Shown: positions 20,776 through 30,939 of the stretch, in pieces
Numbering within the stretch: the first letter of the stretch is position 1
How the letters are laid out: every line of letters begins with the position of its first letter
Source of the DNA: Bacteroidia bacterium
Lineage (GTDB): Bacteria > Bacteroidota > Bacteroidia > Flavobacteriales > Schleiferiaceae
Direction of reading: 5' to 3'
Length of the DNA: 57,394 nt
NCBI GenBank assembly: GCA_030427285.1
Contig: JAUHWX010000001.1
Coordinates: 1 to 57,394 of the forward strand
Program-made: the position numbers and the translations under genes
The notes under the pieces: model-generated
What the model was told of the DNA's origin: nothing
Seen by the model: the letters and a program-made list of their open reading frames with translations, nothing else
Database searches by the model: none

Positions 20776-21645
20776 TTAATCAACCAAAACCACGAGATAC
20801 TTCGAAGCCTTCCAAAAAGTTGCTGGGTTAGTTATCTCCAAGCTCTTAATTTTATCTTCCTCCTTATTCCACTTGTATGAGTCGGACGGATGGTTGCTTA
20901 CCAGCTTAACATCTTTGTCTTCTCCACCTAAAGGGATTATAGTAGTCTTACGAATATCGATTTTGGTAAAATAGTCGCGATTAAAATCTTCAGCAATAGT
21001 TTTAGTGCTTCCAATTCCAATGATTCCTCCTTTACGGTCTACCACATCATTTTCTTGAAGATCTTTATAAGTTCCTACAGCATAGTAAGCTGAATTGAGA
21101 TCTTCAGTTTGTTCTTCAATTCTTTGTTGCTGTTTTTTAGTAGTAGCTGACAGCGTATCAAGCTTAGAGTTTAGCTTGTTCATCTCAAAGTTTTGAGCCG
21201 CCAGGTTTTCCTTCAATTCTAAAACTTGATTGTCCTTAGTCTCAATTTCTTTATTGAGATTGGCAACCATTTTTTTGAACTTCCCTACCTCATAACTATA
21301 TTTTTGAAGTTTGTCATTAAGGTCTGCAATGGTACGTTTGTTTTCAGATAAAAGTTCATTGATAACTTCTACATCCTGCAACACTTCATCTCGCATACTT
21401 TGAGAGCTTTCCATTCCGCCTTCTTGAGCTTCTTTTATAGTCTCTTCTTTTTCTCGAATTTTTGCTAAGTTCTCCTGGATTAGTGAAAAAGAACTTACAA
21501 AATCATTAATCAAAGAATCCTGTTGCTGATTCTCCATCGACAACTGTTCATTCTCCGTTTTAAGGCGTGCGTTTTCTTCTTTTACCCCTTGGTTGCAAGC
21601 GATAAGTAGAGGAAAAGCAGCGGCTACAATCATTAACTTTCTCAT
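20776..21645 (-). CDS. Coiled-coil lipoprotein (Cbp1-like Bacteroidota family)
   Basis: Lipobox LIAC; long heptad region; C-terminal AYYAVGT..HP..SY..FW..SKYLVV domain. Confidence 0.75.
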   Translation of the reverse strand: MRKLMIVAAAFPLLIACNQGVKEENARLKTENEQLSMENQQQDSLINDFVSSFSLIQENLAKIREKEETIKEAQEGGMESSQSMRDEVLQDVEVINELLSENKRTIADLNDKLQKYSYEVGKFKKMVANLNKEIETKDNQVLELKENLAAQNFEMNKLNSKLDTLSATTKKQQQRIEEQTEDLNSAYYAVGTYKDLQENDVVDRKGGIIGIGSTKTIAEDFNRDYFTKIDIRKTTIIPLGGEDKDVKLVSNHPSDSYKWNKEEDKIKSLEITNPATFWKASKYLVVLVD

Positions 21646-21854
21646 GGTTTTGAATTTTAATTAAACAGGTTGAAGATAAAGGAAAATCATGCCTATGGCA
21701 GGGTATGTATCTTGCTAGAGATGCTTTTTGGATTAACTACTTGATAAGCAAAGTCTTAAAGAAATATGCGTTTGTAGTCCTTTTGTTACTTTACACAAAA
21801 GTTGTTACTATGGTGAAACGGTTTGAGGAAATTCACCTCACCAACTTGGGGTGC

Positions 21855-23480
21855 TTATTGATGTTTTCTAAAGAAATCGACTAGCCCAGCGGTAGAAGTA
21901 TCATAGGTATTTAGCGAGCTATTATCACTAAGTTTTGGTAGAATTGACTTTGCGAGAGATTTGCCCAACTCTACACCCCATTGATCAAATGAAAAAATAT
22001 TCCAAATAACACCTTGTGTGAAAATTTTATGTTCATAACATGCCAATAATTTTCCCAGATTTTCAGGCGTAAGCTTTGGGGCTAAGATGCTTGTTGTTGG
22101 ATTGTTGCCCTCAAATGTTTTGTAGGGAATAAGGTTAGCGTTGATATTTTCACTTTCCAATTCGTCCTTTGTTTTTCCTTTCATCAAAGCCTCAGTTTGT
22201 GCAAAAAAGTTGGACATTAACTGCAGGTGATGCGCGGGTTTATCATAATTGGATTTAGTAAATCCAATAAAATCACAAGGTATTAACTTGGTTCCTTGAT
22301 GAATTAGTTGAAAAAAAGCGTGTTGACCATTAGTACCCGGTTGACCCCAAATAATGGGACCTGTCTGGTAATTAACCTTTTCACCGTTTCTGTCAACGCT
22401 TTTGCCGTTACTCTCCATGTTTGCCTGCTGAAAATAAGTAGCAAATCGGTGCATATTTTGACTGTAAGGAATGATTGCTTCGGTATCACTATTCCAAAAA
22501 TTGGTATACCAAATTCCAATGGCAGCCATGAGCATGGGGGCATTTTGATGGAAATCAGCAGAGGCAAAATGTTTGTCCATTGCGTGCGCACCACGCAGCA
22601 GCTTCTCAAAGTTATCATACCCCAAGCCACAGCAAAGTGATAATCCGATCGGAGACCAAAGTGAGTATCTGCCACCAACCCAATCCCAAAAGCCGAACAT
22701 GTTTTCAGGGTCAATCCCAAAATTCTGTACCGCATCTTTGTTTGTACTTACAGCTACAAAATGCTTCGAAACATCCTTTTCGTGGCCGCCATTCTGTAAA
22801 AACCATTCTTTAGCACTTTGTGCATTGGTCATGGTTTCTTGCGTGGTAAAAGTTTTAGATGCAATAATAAAAAGTGTGGTTTGCGGATCAAGGTTTTCTA
22901 CTTTTCCCAGTAAGTGTGCGGCATCAATATTTGAAACAAAGTGACAGTGAATGCCATTTACGCGATAATGGCTTAGTGCGTCATATACCATAGATGGCCC
23001 AAGACTTGAACCCCCTATGCCAATATTCACAATGTTTTTTATGGATTTACCTGAGTAGCCCTTCCATTTACCGTCAATTATACTTTGAGAAAAAGATTTC
23101 ATCTTACTCCGAAGCGCTTGAATAGCAGGCATAACGTCCACACCATCAACCTTTATGGATTGGGCATCAAAATTGCGTAGTGCAGTGTGCAGAACAGCTC
23201 GATTTTCTGTTTCGTTAATTTTTTGTCCTTCAAATTGTGCCTTGATGGCTTCGGGTAAACCGCATTCGTCAAAGAGATTGTTGAGGAGTTTAAGTGTTTT
23301 TGGAGTGATAATATTTTTAGAGAAGTCAAACAATATGCCTTCGACTTGTAGAGAAAATTCATTGAAGCGCATCGGGTCGTTGAGGAACCAATCACGCATA
23401 TGCTGGGCTGAGAGCTCAGTTTGATGGTTTTTCAGGTTTTGCCAAACGTTAGTTTGAGTAGGGTTAGTTCTCGGTAGCAT
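21855..23480 (-). CDS. pgi: Glucose-6-phosphate isomerase
   Basis: GIGGS, SKTFTTQET, WVGGRYS, MESNGK and FDQWGVELGK motifs. Confidence 0.98.
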   Translation of the reverse strand: MLPRTNPTQTNVWQNLKNHQTELSAQHMRDWFLNDPMRFNEFSLQVEGILFDFSKNIITPKTLKLLNNLFDECGLPEAIKAQFEGQKINETENRAVLHTALRNFDAQSIKVDGVDVMPAIQALRSKMKSFSQSIIDGKWKGYSGKSIKNIVNIGIGGSSLGPSMVYDALSHYRVNGIHCHFVSNIDAAHLLGKVENLDPQTTLFIIASKTFTTQETMTNAQSAKEWFLQNGGHEKDVSKHFVAVSTNKDAVQNFGIDPENMFGFWDWVGGRYSLWSPIGLSLCCGLGYDNFEKLLRGAHAMDKHFASADFHQNAPMLMAAIGIWYTNFWNSDTEAIIPYSQNMHRFATYFQQANMESNGKSVDRNGEKVNYQTGPIIWGQPGTNGQHAFFQLIHQGTKLIPCDFIGFTKSNYDKPAHHLQLMSNFFAQTEALMKGKTKDELESENINANLIPYKTFEGNNPTTSILAPKLTPENLGKLLACYEHKIFTQGVIWNIFSFDQWGVELGKSLAKSILPKLSDNSSLNTYDTSTAGLVDFFRKHQ

Positions 23481-23566
23481 AATAAGCACTATTTTCGCAA
23501 AAATAGGTTTTGATTTTGAACGAGGTCGAAATCGTGCAAGGATAAATATTATTTAATCATATAAGA

Positions 23567-24670
23567 ATGAGCAGTACAGTTGCTACAGTTAGGTTCCCAA
23601 GGCCCGGCAAAGAGTCATTTAGAACCATCCTTTCAAAGCGTGTCAAAGAGTACTTTGAAGAAAATAAGATTTCCAGTAAGGCAAATAGTAAAATGGTGAT
23701 GAAAACCATCGGGATGTTATCCCTCTATTTTGTTCCCTATATTCTCATGTTGACTTTAAATCCTGGTGTTTGGGGTGTTTTAGGTCTTTTCCTTATTATG
23801 GCCTTTGGTATGTCAGGCATAGGTATGGGAGTGATGCATGATGCTATTCATGGGGCATACGCTTCTAATCGACATGTAAACCGTTGGCTTGGTGCCACCA
23901 TTTATTTAATCAGTGGAAACGCTGCAAACTGGAGAGTACAACATAATATACTACACCATACCTTTACTAATATTGAAGGGCTGGATGAGGATATGGAAAG
24001 TTCTGGTTTAATAAGAATGCACCCTTCACAGGAGTGGAAGAAAATGCACAAATTTCAGGTTTGGTATACTCCTCTGGTGTATGGTATTCTTACTCTTAAC
24101 TGGGTTACAGCTAAAGATTTCAAGCAGCTTATCAAATATTACAAGCGTGGTGTAGGTGGTCATACGGCTGAGAGTATTAAAAAAGAATGGGTAATATTAA
24201 TTTTTACTAAGATTCTTTACTTTTCGCTATTCATGGTACTGCCTCTTATTTTGGTTCCTGTTGCGTGGTATTGGATTATACTGGGCTTTGTAATTATGCA
24301 TATAACCTCTGGAATCATTTTGAGCTTTGTATTTCAATTGGCTCACATGGTAGAGGGCGTTGAGAATATGGATATTCCGGAAAGTGGCATGGCAGAGGAT
24401 GAGTGGATGGAGCATCAGCTTAGGACGACTGCCGATTTTGCCCGTGGTAATAAGCTCATCAATTGGTACGTAGGTGGATTAAATTATCAGGTGGAGCATC
24501 ATTTATTTCCCACAATATGCCATATACACTACCCCGCTATTTCTGAAATAGTGAAGAAAACGGCAGCAGAATTTGACTTGCCATACAAAGAATATAAGAG
24601 ATTGTCAGATGCTTTGGGGGCACATATGCGCCACTTGGCAACTATGGCTCAAGAGCCAAAAATGGCTTAG
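23567..24670 (+). CDS. Membrane fatty acid desaturase
   Basis: Three His boxes: HDAIH, HNILHH and QVEHH. Confidence 0.92.
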   Translation: MSSTVATVRFPRPGKESFRTILSKRVKEYFEENKISSKANSKMVMKTIGMLSLYFVPYILMLTLNPGVWGVLGLFLIMAFGMSGIGMGVMHDAIHGAYASNRHVNRWLGATIYLISGNAANWRVQHNILHHTFTNIEGLDEDMESSGLIRMHPSQEWKKMHKFQVWYTPLVYGILTLNWVTAKDFKQLIKYYKRGVGGHTAESIKKEWVILIFTKILYFSLFMVLPLILVPVAWYWIILGFVIMHITSGIILSFVFQLAHMVEGVENMDIPESGMAEDEWMEHQLRTTADFARGNKLINWYVGGLNYQVEHHLFPTICHIHYPAISEIVKKTAAEFDLPYKEYKRLSDALGAHMRHLATMAQEPKMA

Positions 24671-25308
24671 CCATTTACTGCTTCTACGGTACGAATCTGC
24701 CCTGGCAGCATTTCTTGTAGTAAGTTCTGGATGCCTTGTTTTAGCGTCATAGTTGAAGAAGGGCATCCGGAACATGCTCCTTGAAGCAGAACCTTCACTG
24801 CGCCATCCTCATACTTCAAGAACTTAATGTTGCCACCATCCGAAGCTACGGCTGGCTTTACATATTCATCAAGCAAGGAGGCAATTTTCTTTTCAATTTC
24901 CTCCCATTCGGCAGGATCTTTTTCATCAGGATGAGGGATATTAACCGAATTGGACATAGCCGCATCTTCAGATTTTTCCTCAGCTTGAGTTGAATAACTA
25001 GCACTAAGCACTTCGTTTCCGTTTGCCAAAAACTCTCTTAGCATTTCACGAACCTCCATGGTCACATCATCCCATTCTACAATGTCAAATTTGGTGATGG
25101 CCACATAATTACCAGAAATGAAAACTTCCTTTACAAAGGGAAAGTGGAAAAGCTTTACAGCAAGTGGCGAAGGCTGAGCTTCCTCAATATTTTTAAACTC
25201 TACCATATCCTGCTCTATAAGCCTTTTGTTGGCTACAAATTTCAATACAGCGGGGTTTGGGGTCATTTCTCCATATATGCTTACTGGTACCTTTTTCATT
25301 TCTTCCAT
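24667..25308 (-). CDS. NifU/Nfu family Fe-S cluster carrier
   Basis: Nfu_N domain (TPNPAVLKF) and NifU domain DGG..GACSGCPSS. The TTG at 25326 lies inside the TATCTTTG promoter, so ATG 25308 was chosen. Confidence 0.9.
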   Translation of the reverse strand: MEEMKKVPVSIYGEMTPNPAVLKFVANKRLIEQDMVEFKNIEEAQPSPLAVKLFHFPFVKEVFISGNYVAITKFDIVEWDDVTMEVREMLREFLANGNEVLSASYSTQAEEKSEDAAMSNSVNIPHPDEKDPAEWEEIEKKIASLLDEYVKPAVASDGGNIKFLKYEDGAVKVLLQGACSGCPSSTMTLKQGIQNLLQEMLPGQIRTVEAVNG

Positions 25309-25396
25309 GGTCAATAATTTTTGCAAAGATACAAGGCAATACTTGCATCAAGCATTCTAATTACTTTTGTTTGACAATTCATAAGAATAATCAATA

Positions 25397-25909
25397 ATGG
25401 CAATAGTAAAAGAAGTAAACGGCAAGAGACCAACAATGGGTAAGGATTGCTTTATTGCGGAAAATGCAACCCTACTGGGTGATATACAAATGGGTGATGA
25501 GTGCAGTATTTGGTATGGAGCTGTGGTTCGTGGAGACGTGCATTATGTGAAAATGGGTAATAAGGTCAACGTTCAGGATAATGCGACCTTGCATTGTACC
25601 TATCAAAAGCATCCTCTTAATATCGGTAATAATGTATCAATTGGTCATAATGCTATTGCACATGGCTGTACCATTCATGACAACGTGCTGATAGGTATGG
25701 GTGCAATAGTGATGGATGCTTGTGTGGTGGAGAGCAACTCAATAGTGGCCGCTGGTGCTGTGGTGCTTGAGGGCACGCATATAGAGTCAGGAAGTATATA
25801 TGCAGGTGTTCCGGCTAAAAAAGTTAAGGATATTACACCTGAATTGATTTCTGGGGAGATTGATCGAATTGCCAATAATTATGTGATGTACAGCGGATGG
25901 CTTAAGTAA
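25397..25909 (+). CDS. Gamma carbonic anhydrase family (YrdA-like) hexapeptide-repeat protein
   Basis: VRGD, NVQD...H and IGH..HGC motifs with left-handed beta-helix repeats. Confidence 0.92.
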   Translation: MAIVKEVNGKRPTMGKDCFIAENATLLGDIQMGDECSIWYGAVVRGDVHYVKMGNKVNVQDNATLHCTYQKHPLNIGNNVSIGHNAIAHGCTIHDNVLIGMGAIVMDACVVESNSIVAAGAVVLEGTHIESGSIYAGVPAKKVKDITPELISGEIDRIANNYVMYSGWLK

Positions 25910-25912
25910 TAT

Positions 25913-26923
25913 TTACTTCAATATTCGCAGTGCGGTCTCTAAAATATCATCTTTACCGATGGCCATCCGAGCTTCTGTATTGTGCACGCTTACGTCTGGC
26001 GGTACTCCTCTTTCTATATCGTAGTAGGATGTGTCACCTATAGGAATAAGTGAGCGGGTTGCTGAAAAGCGATATATCCAGCCATTAGGCAATTCGCTGT
26101 CTACGGGAATTCCTCCACCACCTCCGGTTTGATCTCCAATCAGTGTCACATTATCAAAAGAAAAAAGGATGGCGGCAAAGGTGTTTGTGGCAGAGTAGCA
26201 CCTTCTATTGGTTAATAGAACTACTTCTCCATCGTAGTGAGCGTAGTCTTCTGCTGGTTTTAGTGTATAGCTGAGTGAGTTTCCAAAATCATCACGTCCG
26301 GGGCCTGTTTTTTCGGCTGTTATTAGCACTTGTTTTTCTTCGTTGATAAGGCTTTGAGCCAAAACAAAGGCGTTATTTAAAACACCGCCACCGTTGTTTC
26401 TTACATCAAAAATAAGCCCTTTTGTACCTTTCATATAGTTGATAGCGGCATTTAAGTTTTCAATACTAAATCCGTAAGAAAAGCTCCCATAATAGATATA
26501 TCCAATAGAGTCGATGATGGTGTATTCAAGACCCCCGGCTATTCGGTAATCGTCTTTTAAGTAATTGCGTTCAAGCACTTCGCGATCAAAGTTATCAGGA
26601 TAGTTCAAGTACCAATTCCAATTTCGACTTACATTAAAAGGAGACGTTAAGTTAACATGGCCATCCTCAAGATCGTAGAGCATGCTATCTAGGATATTAA
26701 ACAGGTCATTATTGCTAATGTCGTCAGTAATCAGGGGTTCGTAATGATTACGAATACTGTCCCAATTAATGTTCTTCAATTCCAAATAGCTGTACTTTTC
26801 GTTTATGGTATTCCATAAAATATCAAAGTTTTCTAGTGGTTCATCAGCTGGATTGTCGTCCAATAGAATTTTCTCGCAAGAGGCAAAAAGTGGGAGGAAC
26901 AATAGGAGTAGATATTTTTTCAA
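25913..26923 (-). CDS. S41 family peptidase lipoprotein (tricorn C1-like N-terminus)
   Basis: Lipobox FASC; DGHVNL, FDVRNNGGG, CYSA, TGGGGG and GVPPD motifs. Confidence 0.88.
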   Translation of the reverse strand: MKKYLLLLFLPLFASCEKILLDDNPADEPLENFDILWNTINEKYSYLELKNINWDSIRNHYEPLITDDISNNDLFNILDSMLYDLEDGHVNLTSPFNVSRNWNWYLNYPDNFDREVLERNYLKDDYRIAGGLEYTIIDSIGYIYYGSFSYGFSIENLNAAINYMKGTKGLIFDVRNNGGGVLNNAFVLAQSLINEEKQVLITAEKTGPGRDDFGNSLSYTLKPAEDYAHYDGEVVLLTNRRCYSATNTFAAILFSFDNVTLIGDQTGGGGGIPVDSELPNGWIYRFSATRSLIPIGDTSYYDIERGVPPDVSVHNTEARMAIGKDDILETALRILK

Positions 26924-27690
26924 AACTTAAATACGGTTGAGATGGATAATTGATGTGTGGCAATTTGCACCTTGTTTAATAGGTCTAGCTGAGAGTAGTC
27001 CCAATTATAGCTAAGACGTAGTTGATTCCCGCCTTTCAAAGTCCATATTAGGTCTGCCCTGGAGTCGATTGTGTAGTAATCTCCCCAAAAGGCAAATCCT
27101 TTATTGCTAATCTGTTCGTTAAGAAAAGGTTTTACATAACCAGGGCGGAGGTAATAAGTACCAAAAGGCAAGCCTAGTTGATAGTTAACTGCGAAGTTTT
27201 TACTGAAAAGCTCAAATGGCTTCTGCACGGTAATGACCGGGCCAAAAGAAAATAAGCCTGTGTAGTTGACACTGTTATTTCCGTAACGACTGTGTTCGCG
27301 ATAGTCCCAAGTGTTGTGCGAAAGAATACCAGCAAAAATAGTCCACTCATTTCTACTGTAAACATGTTTTGAAAGATGATACGTGGCACGACCCAGAATT
27401 GTGAGTGTGTTTCTATATCCACTTTCAGGATTTACATCAGGAAATTGCTGTCCCGCGAGGCCTGCAATATCAAACATGCTAATCCACTTTTCATTTTGGT
27501 AATAATAGCCAATTCCGATTCGGCCTAAGCTTCCAGAATAACTCACCGGTGAAAGCGATGCATCTTTTACTGTTTCAAACCCATAGCCTAAACTAAAGGG
27601 CATGTAATGACTAGATGTTTGTTGTGCTTTGGCAAATAAAGAGAGAGATAGGAAGAGAGAAAGAAATAAGGTCTTCAATAGATGAGGCAA
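26920..27690 (-). CDS. Outer-membrane beta-barrel protein (DUF3316-like), partner of the S41 peptidase
   Basis: Signal peptide; D.SLSPVSYSG motif; amphipathic strands; terminal Phe; 4-bp overlap with the S41 gene. Confidence 0.65.
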   Translation of the reverse strand: MPHLLKTLFLSLFLSLSLFAKAQQTSSHYMPFSLGYGFETVKDASLSPVSYSGSLGRIGIGYYYQNEKWISMFDIAGLAGQQFPDVNPESGYRNTLTILGRATYHLSKHVYSRNEWTIFAGILSHNTWDYREHSRYGNNSVNYTGLFSFGPVITVQKPFELFSKNFAVNYQLGLPFGTYYLRPGYVKPFLNEQISNKGFAFWGDYYTIDSRADLIWTLKGGNQLRLSYNWDYSQLDLLNKVQIATHQLSISTVFKF

Positions 27691-27746
27691 TAAGATTATG
27701 CGACTAATATAATCTTAAAATAAATAATCAAGAGGGGTGCTTTTGA

Positions 27747-28172
27747 TTATCGGATTACTACAACGGTGCCCTGTTTTTTAAAATCTTCAACTTCTTGTGT
27801 GCCTTGAAGTGTCTTCACTTTAGCGTAGGCAGCCCACATATATACACCCTGAAGTACTTCCTTTCCATCAGCCATACCATTCCAAGACTGCTCTTTTTCC
27901 ATGGAGTTAGTTTCGTAAATAAGGCGCCCCCATCGATCAAAAATTTTCATGTTGAATTCGAGTACCTGGCAATTTTCACCATGCTTTACTTCAAATAGAT
28001 CATTTATATTATCACCATTTGGTGTAAAAGCATTTGGAATAAAAACATTGCAAAACAGAGTGCTCCCAGAAGAATTTTGGTTGGGAGTAGAAATGCCTTT
28101 TTGAGCTGAAGCTTCGTTGAAACTCAGTGTGAGCATGGCAAAAAATGCGAGTATGTATCCTAGGCGTTTCAT
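27747..28172 (-). CDS. Small protein consisting of a signal peptide and a T9SS type B C-terminal domain
   Basis: FIPNAFTPNGDNINDLF, IFDRWG, WNG, GVY and terminal VVIR. Confidence 0.88.
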   Translation of the reverse strand: MKRLGYILAFFAMLTLSFNEASAQKGISTPNQNSSGSTLFCNVFIPNAFTPNGDNINDLFEVKHGENCQVLEFNMKIFDRWGRLIYETNSMEKEQSWNGMADGKEVLQGVYMWAAYAKVKTLQGTQEVEDFKKQGTVVVIR

Positions 28173-28326
28173 AGTATGGTAACAAATATAGACAAATACC
28201 CTATAAAAACTGTACCACTGCGTTAAGTCGGGGTATATATTTATTTAAGGGGGCTTATGACCTACTCTTCGATAGTTGAAAATCATTTAGAGAGAGAAAT
28301 AGGCGAGCGAAAGATTTAAAGGAAGG

Positions 28327-30822
28327 TTATTTTTTATCTTCATTATTCTCATCTCCGAACAAATCAAACTGAATACCCGAGTCGTCACTTTCAGGCTTCT
28401 TTTCTTCTTTACTGAAGATTTTTTGAAGTTCGGTTTTTTGATTTTTTAAATCCTGATTTATCGACTTTCCCATGTTTTTACGATCAAGCGTAATAGATGG
28501 TTTATCAACATTCCCCGTCATTCTTATATATATATTCGGATCATCCTCTCTTTCCACTACCATGAGGTGATTATCAAATTCAGATTCCTTCTTTTTATTC
28601 TTTCTGCTGCTAAATAAAACATCTGAAAGCTTCAGGCGAATAGAATAATCTAAACTATTGTCGAACCCATGCTTTCCTTCAATACCCATATCTAAAACAT
28701 TGCTGTTGATATTCATTTTTGGGATGATAATTTGGGAATTGAGAATTCCAATGTTGTTTTGCAATCTTGCAAAGTGCACATCCCTCAATTCATCTATAGA
28801 GGCAAAGTCTGACAAGGCGAGAAGTGGGTCAAAGTTTTTAAGGTTACCATTTTGAATCTCTAGGTTTGAGGTCATTTCTATAGTCGAAATGTCAATTTCT
28901 AGAGAAGGAGCCATTTTGGATAGATATTGCAATTCAAGGTTTGCTTTTCCATAAATGTTTTCTGCGGCAATCACATCCTGGCCAAAGTTATTGAAGCTTA
29001 TAAACAGCTTGTGTATGTCTATTTCTGTTCCGCTAAGTGCGGCTGCCAGCGTATATTCTTTAGTGTTTCGGGTATCAATGGTAAAGTGCCCTTGATAGGT
29101 TCCATCATTTGCATTGAGCGTTATATTTTGTCCCTTTATGACTTCATTTTTTACATAAAGTTGGCCGCTAATTTGTCCTGCATCAAAGTTTTCAAAATGA
29201 AATTTGTCGACCTTGAGATCTAGCTCAATGTCAAGATTTTTAACAAAACTAATGTCGTATGCTTCATCCTCATTTTTTGAAGTTTTGGCGCCCAAAAGAA
29301 AGTCTTCCATATTGAGTTCCTTTGAGCGAACTCGGGTGTCAATTCTAAGGCGTTCGTCTTTAAAAAAAACAAAGTTCAACACGTTAGCGAAAGTTCCTTC
29401 CAGAAAAACGTCAGAAGTTCCCGTATGGAATGAGAAACTTTTTACTCGAAGATCATTACCCTCAAAAGCCAGATTGCCATTTAGCTCTTCAATTTTTTTG
29501 TTAGCATCTTTAAAGGCAAATGAAATGTCTTCAAGACCAAGTTGTCCGCTGGCTTTGGCTTTCTTTAGTTCCTCAGGCCGAACTTTTTGAAGTGATTCAA
29601 ATTTATTCTCAAAATGAAGATCAACTATCATTTTTCCTGAGGCCTGAGTAATTGTGTCAATTGGAACAAAAATCAGCCACTCGGCAAGGTCGAGGTCACT
29701 TTTTAGGTTGAGCACAATGTCTGGTTTGGTAAGGTCACTTATGTTTAAATTCCCTTCGATTTTTCCTGTTTTTCCTTCTGCCGAAAATTCAGAAATATTA
29801 AGGTTGTCGCGTTTTTTTGCCAGGGTGTAACGTCCTCTTGTATTTACATTCGAAATGGTACTTCCCTGAATTCCCTTTAGCGAAGATTTTTTTGCTGTAA
29901 AGGCAATGTTCAGATTTGGGGATTGATGTGCTTCAAATATTCCTACAAAGTCAACATCACCATAACCTGAAATACCAATAGAGGGGTGAGCATACCAGTG
30001 TTGTTGTTTTGCAAGTAATTGTAATTCTTCTAGCTTCCCATTTTTTAATGCAGCATTAATAGTGGTGGTGTTTCCAGAAATTTGGGTGGTAAAAGTTATG
30101 TTATGCCCCACTAGTTTTAGCAAGCCTTCGCTAATGTCAATGCTATTTTCATTGCCACGCACATTTCCGGATAAAGTAAAGTAGGATTCTGCATTCAGCT
30201 GGTGAATATAAACGCTGTCATTATAGGTGAGCGTGTGTATTTTGAGATCACCTTCATTTGTAATGCTGAAGTTTTCCGGTGCAAAAGTCCCCTTTAGCCT
30301 TAGAGAATAAACATGAGCCTTTGTAATTAGGTTTACAGAACCTTCAGTTTGAATGGTTTTAAAATTTTTGAAAGAAACTTGTTCTAGCGTGAAAACGGAA
30401 GAAGAGGGTTGTGATGTGTCTTTTTTCCAAATTTCATAGTTAGGCTTTCCATTTGCCGGACGCATTATATGAATGGTTCCATCACTGAGGGAAATCTGGC
30501 GAATACTCAAGTCATCGGAAATCGCATTCCAAAGGTCAAATTCAAAGTACATTTCCTTGGCAAAAAGGAGGGTGTCTTCTTCAGAAGCTTGGGCACCACG
30601 GCAGAATACGTTTGTAAACTTTAACGAGGCATAAGGGAACTTATCAAGCGACACATCAATGTCTTCGACATCTACCGGCACATCCAGAAACTTGTTAGCT
30701 TCATTTAGCACTACAGATTGAATCTTATCACGATTTATATATAAAATAGCCGTGAAAGCAATTAACAGAAGAAGAAAAAGGCCTGCGGCCCAAAGTAGAA
30801 GACGGAAAATCTTTTTCTTCAT
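28327..30822 (-). CDS. AsmA-like (TamB/YhdP superfamily) protein
   Basis: N-terminal TM anchor, long beta-rich periplasmic body and AsmA_2-like C-terminus (IPKMNINSNV..IEGKHGFD). Confidence 0.8.
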   Translation of the reverse strand: MKKKIFRLLLWAAGLFLLLLIAFTAILYINRDKIQSVVLNEANKFLDVPVDVEDIDVSLDKFPYASLKFTNVFCRGAQASEEDTLLFAKEMYFEFDLWNAISDDLSIRQISLSDGTIHIMRPANGKPNYEIWKKDTSQPSSSVFTLEQVSFKNFKTIQTEGSVNLITKAHVYSLRLKGTFAPENFSITNEGDLKIHTLTYNDSVYIHQLNAESYFTLSGNVRGNENSIDISEGLLKLVGHNITFTTQISGNTTTINAALKNGKLEELQLLAKQQHWYAHPSIGISGYGDVDFVGIFEAHQSPNLNIAFTAKKSSLKGIQGSTISNVNTRGRYTLAKKRDNLNISEFSAEGKTGKIEGNLNISDLTKPDIVLNLKSDLDLAEWLIFVPIDTITQASGKMIVDLHFENKFESLQKVRPEELKKAKASGQLGLEDISFAFKDANKKIEELNGNLAFEGNDLRVKSFSFHTGTSDVFLEGTFANVLNFVFFKDERLRIDTRVRSKELNMEDFLLGAKTSKNEDEAYDISFVKNLDIELDLKVDKFHFENFDAGQISGQLYVKNEVIKGQNITLNANDGTYQGHFTIDTRNTKEYTLAAALSGTEIDIHKLFISFNNFGQDVIAAENIYGKANLELQYLSKMAPSLEIDISTIEMTSNLEIQNGNLKNFDPLLALSDFASIDELRDVHFARLQNNIGILNSQIIIPKMNINSNVLDMGIEGKHGFDNSLDYSIRLKLSDVLFSSRKNKKKESEFDNHLMVVEREDDPNIYIRMTGNVDKPSITLDRKNMGKSINQDLKNQKTELQKIFSKEEKKPESDDSGIQFDLFGDENNEDKK

Positions 30823-30887
30823 AAATTTTTAACTAGTAGAACAATTAGTAACGTTAGGAATGGCGGTTAAGTCTATTTGGTAAAACT

Positions 30888-30916
30888 AAAAAAGCCCCCA
30901 ATAATAAATGGAGGCT
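30888..30916 (-). terminator. Terminator after the 78-aa gene
   Basis: Minus strand AGCCTCCA-TTTATTAT-TGGGGGCT-TTTTT. Confidence 0.8.
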
Positions 30917-30939
30917 CCTTGATGTATGGGTGTTTCAAA

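Noticed and set aside
27636-27670. GA-rich low-complexity tract as a phase-variation repeat
   Set aside because: It is imperfect and simply encodes the Leu/Phe/Ser-rich signal peptide on the minus strand.
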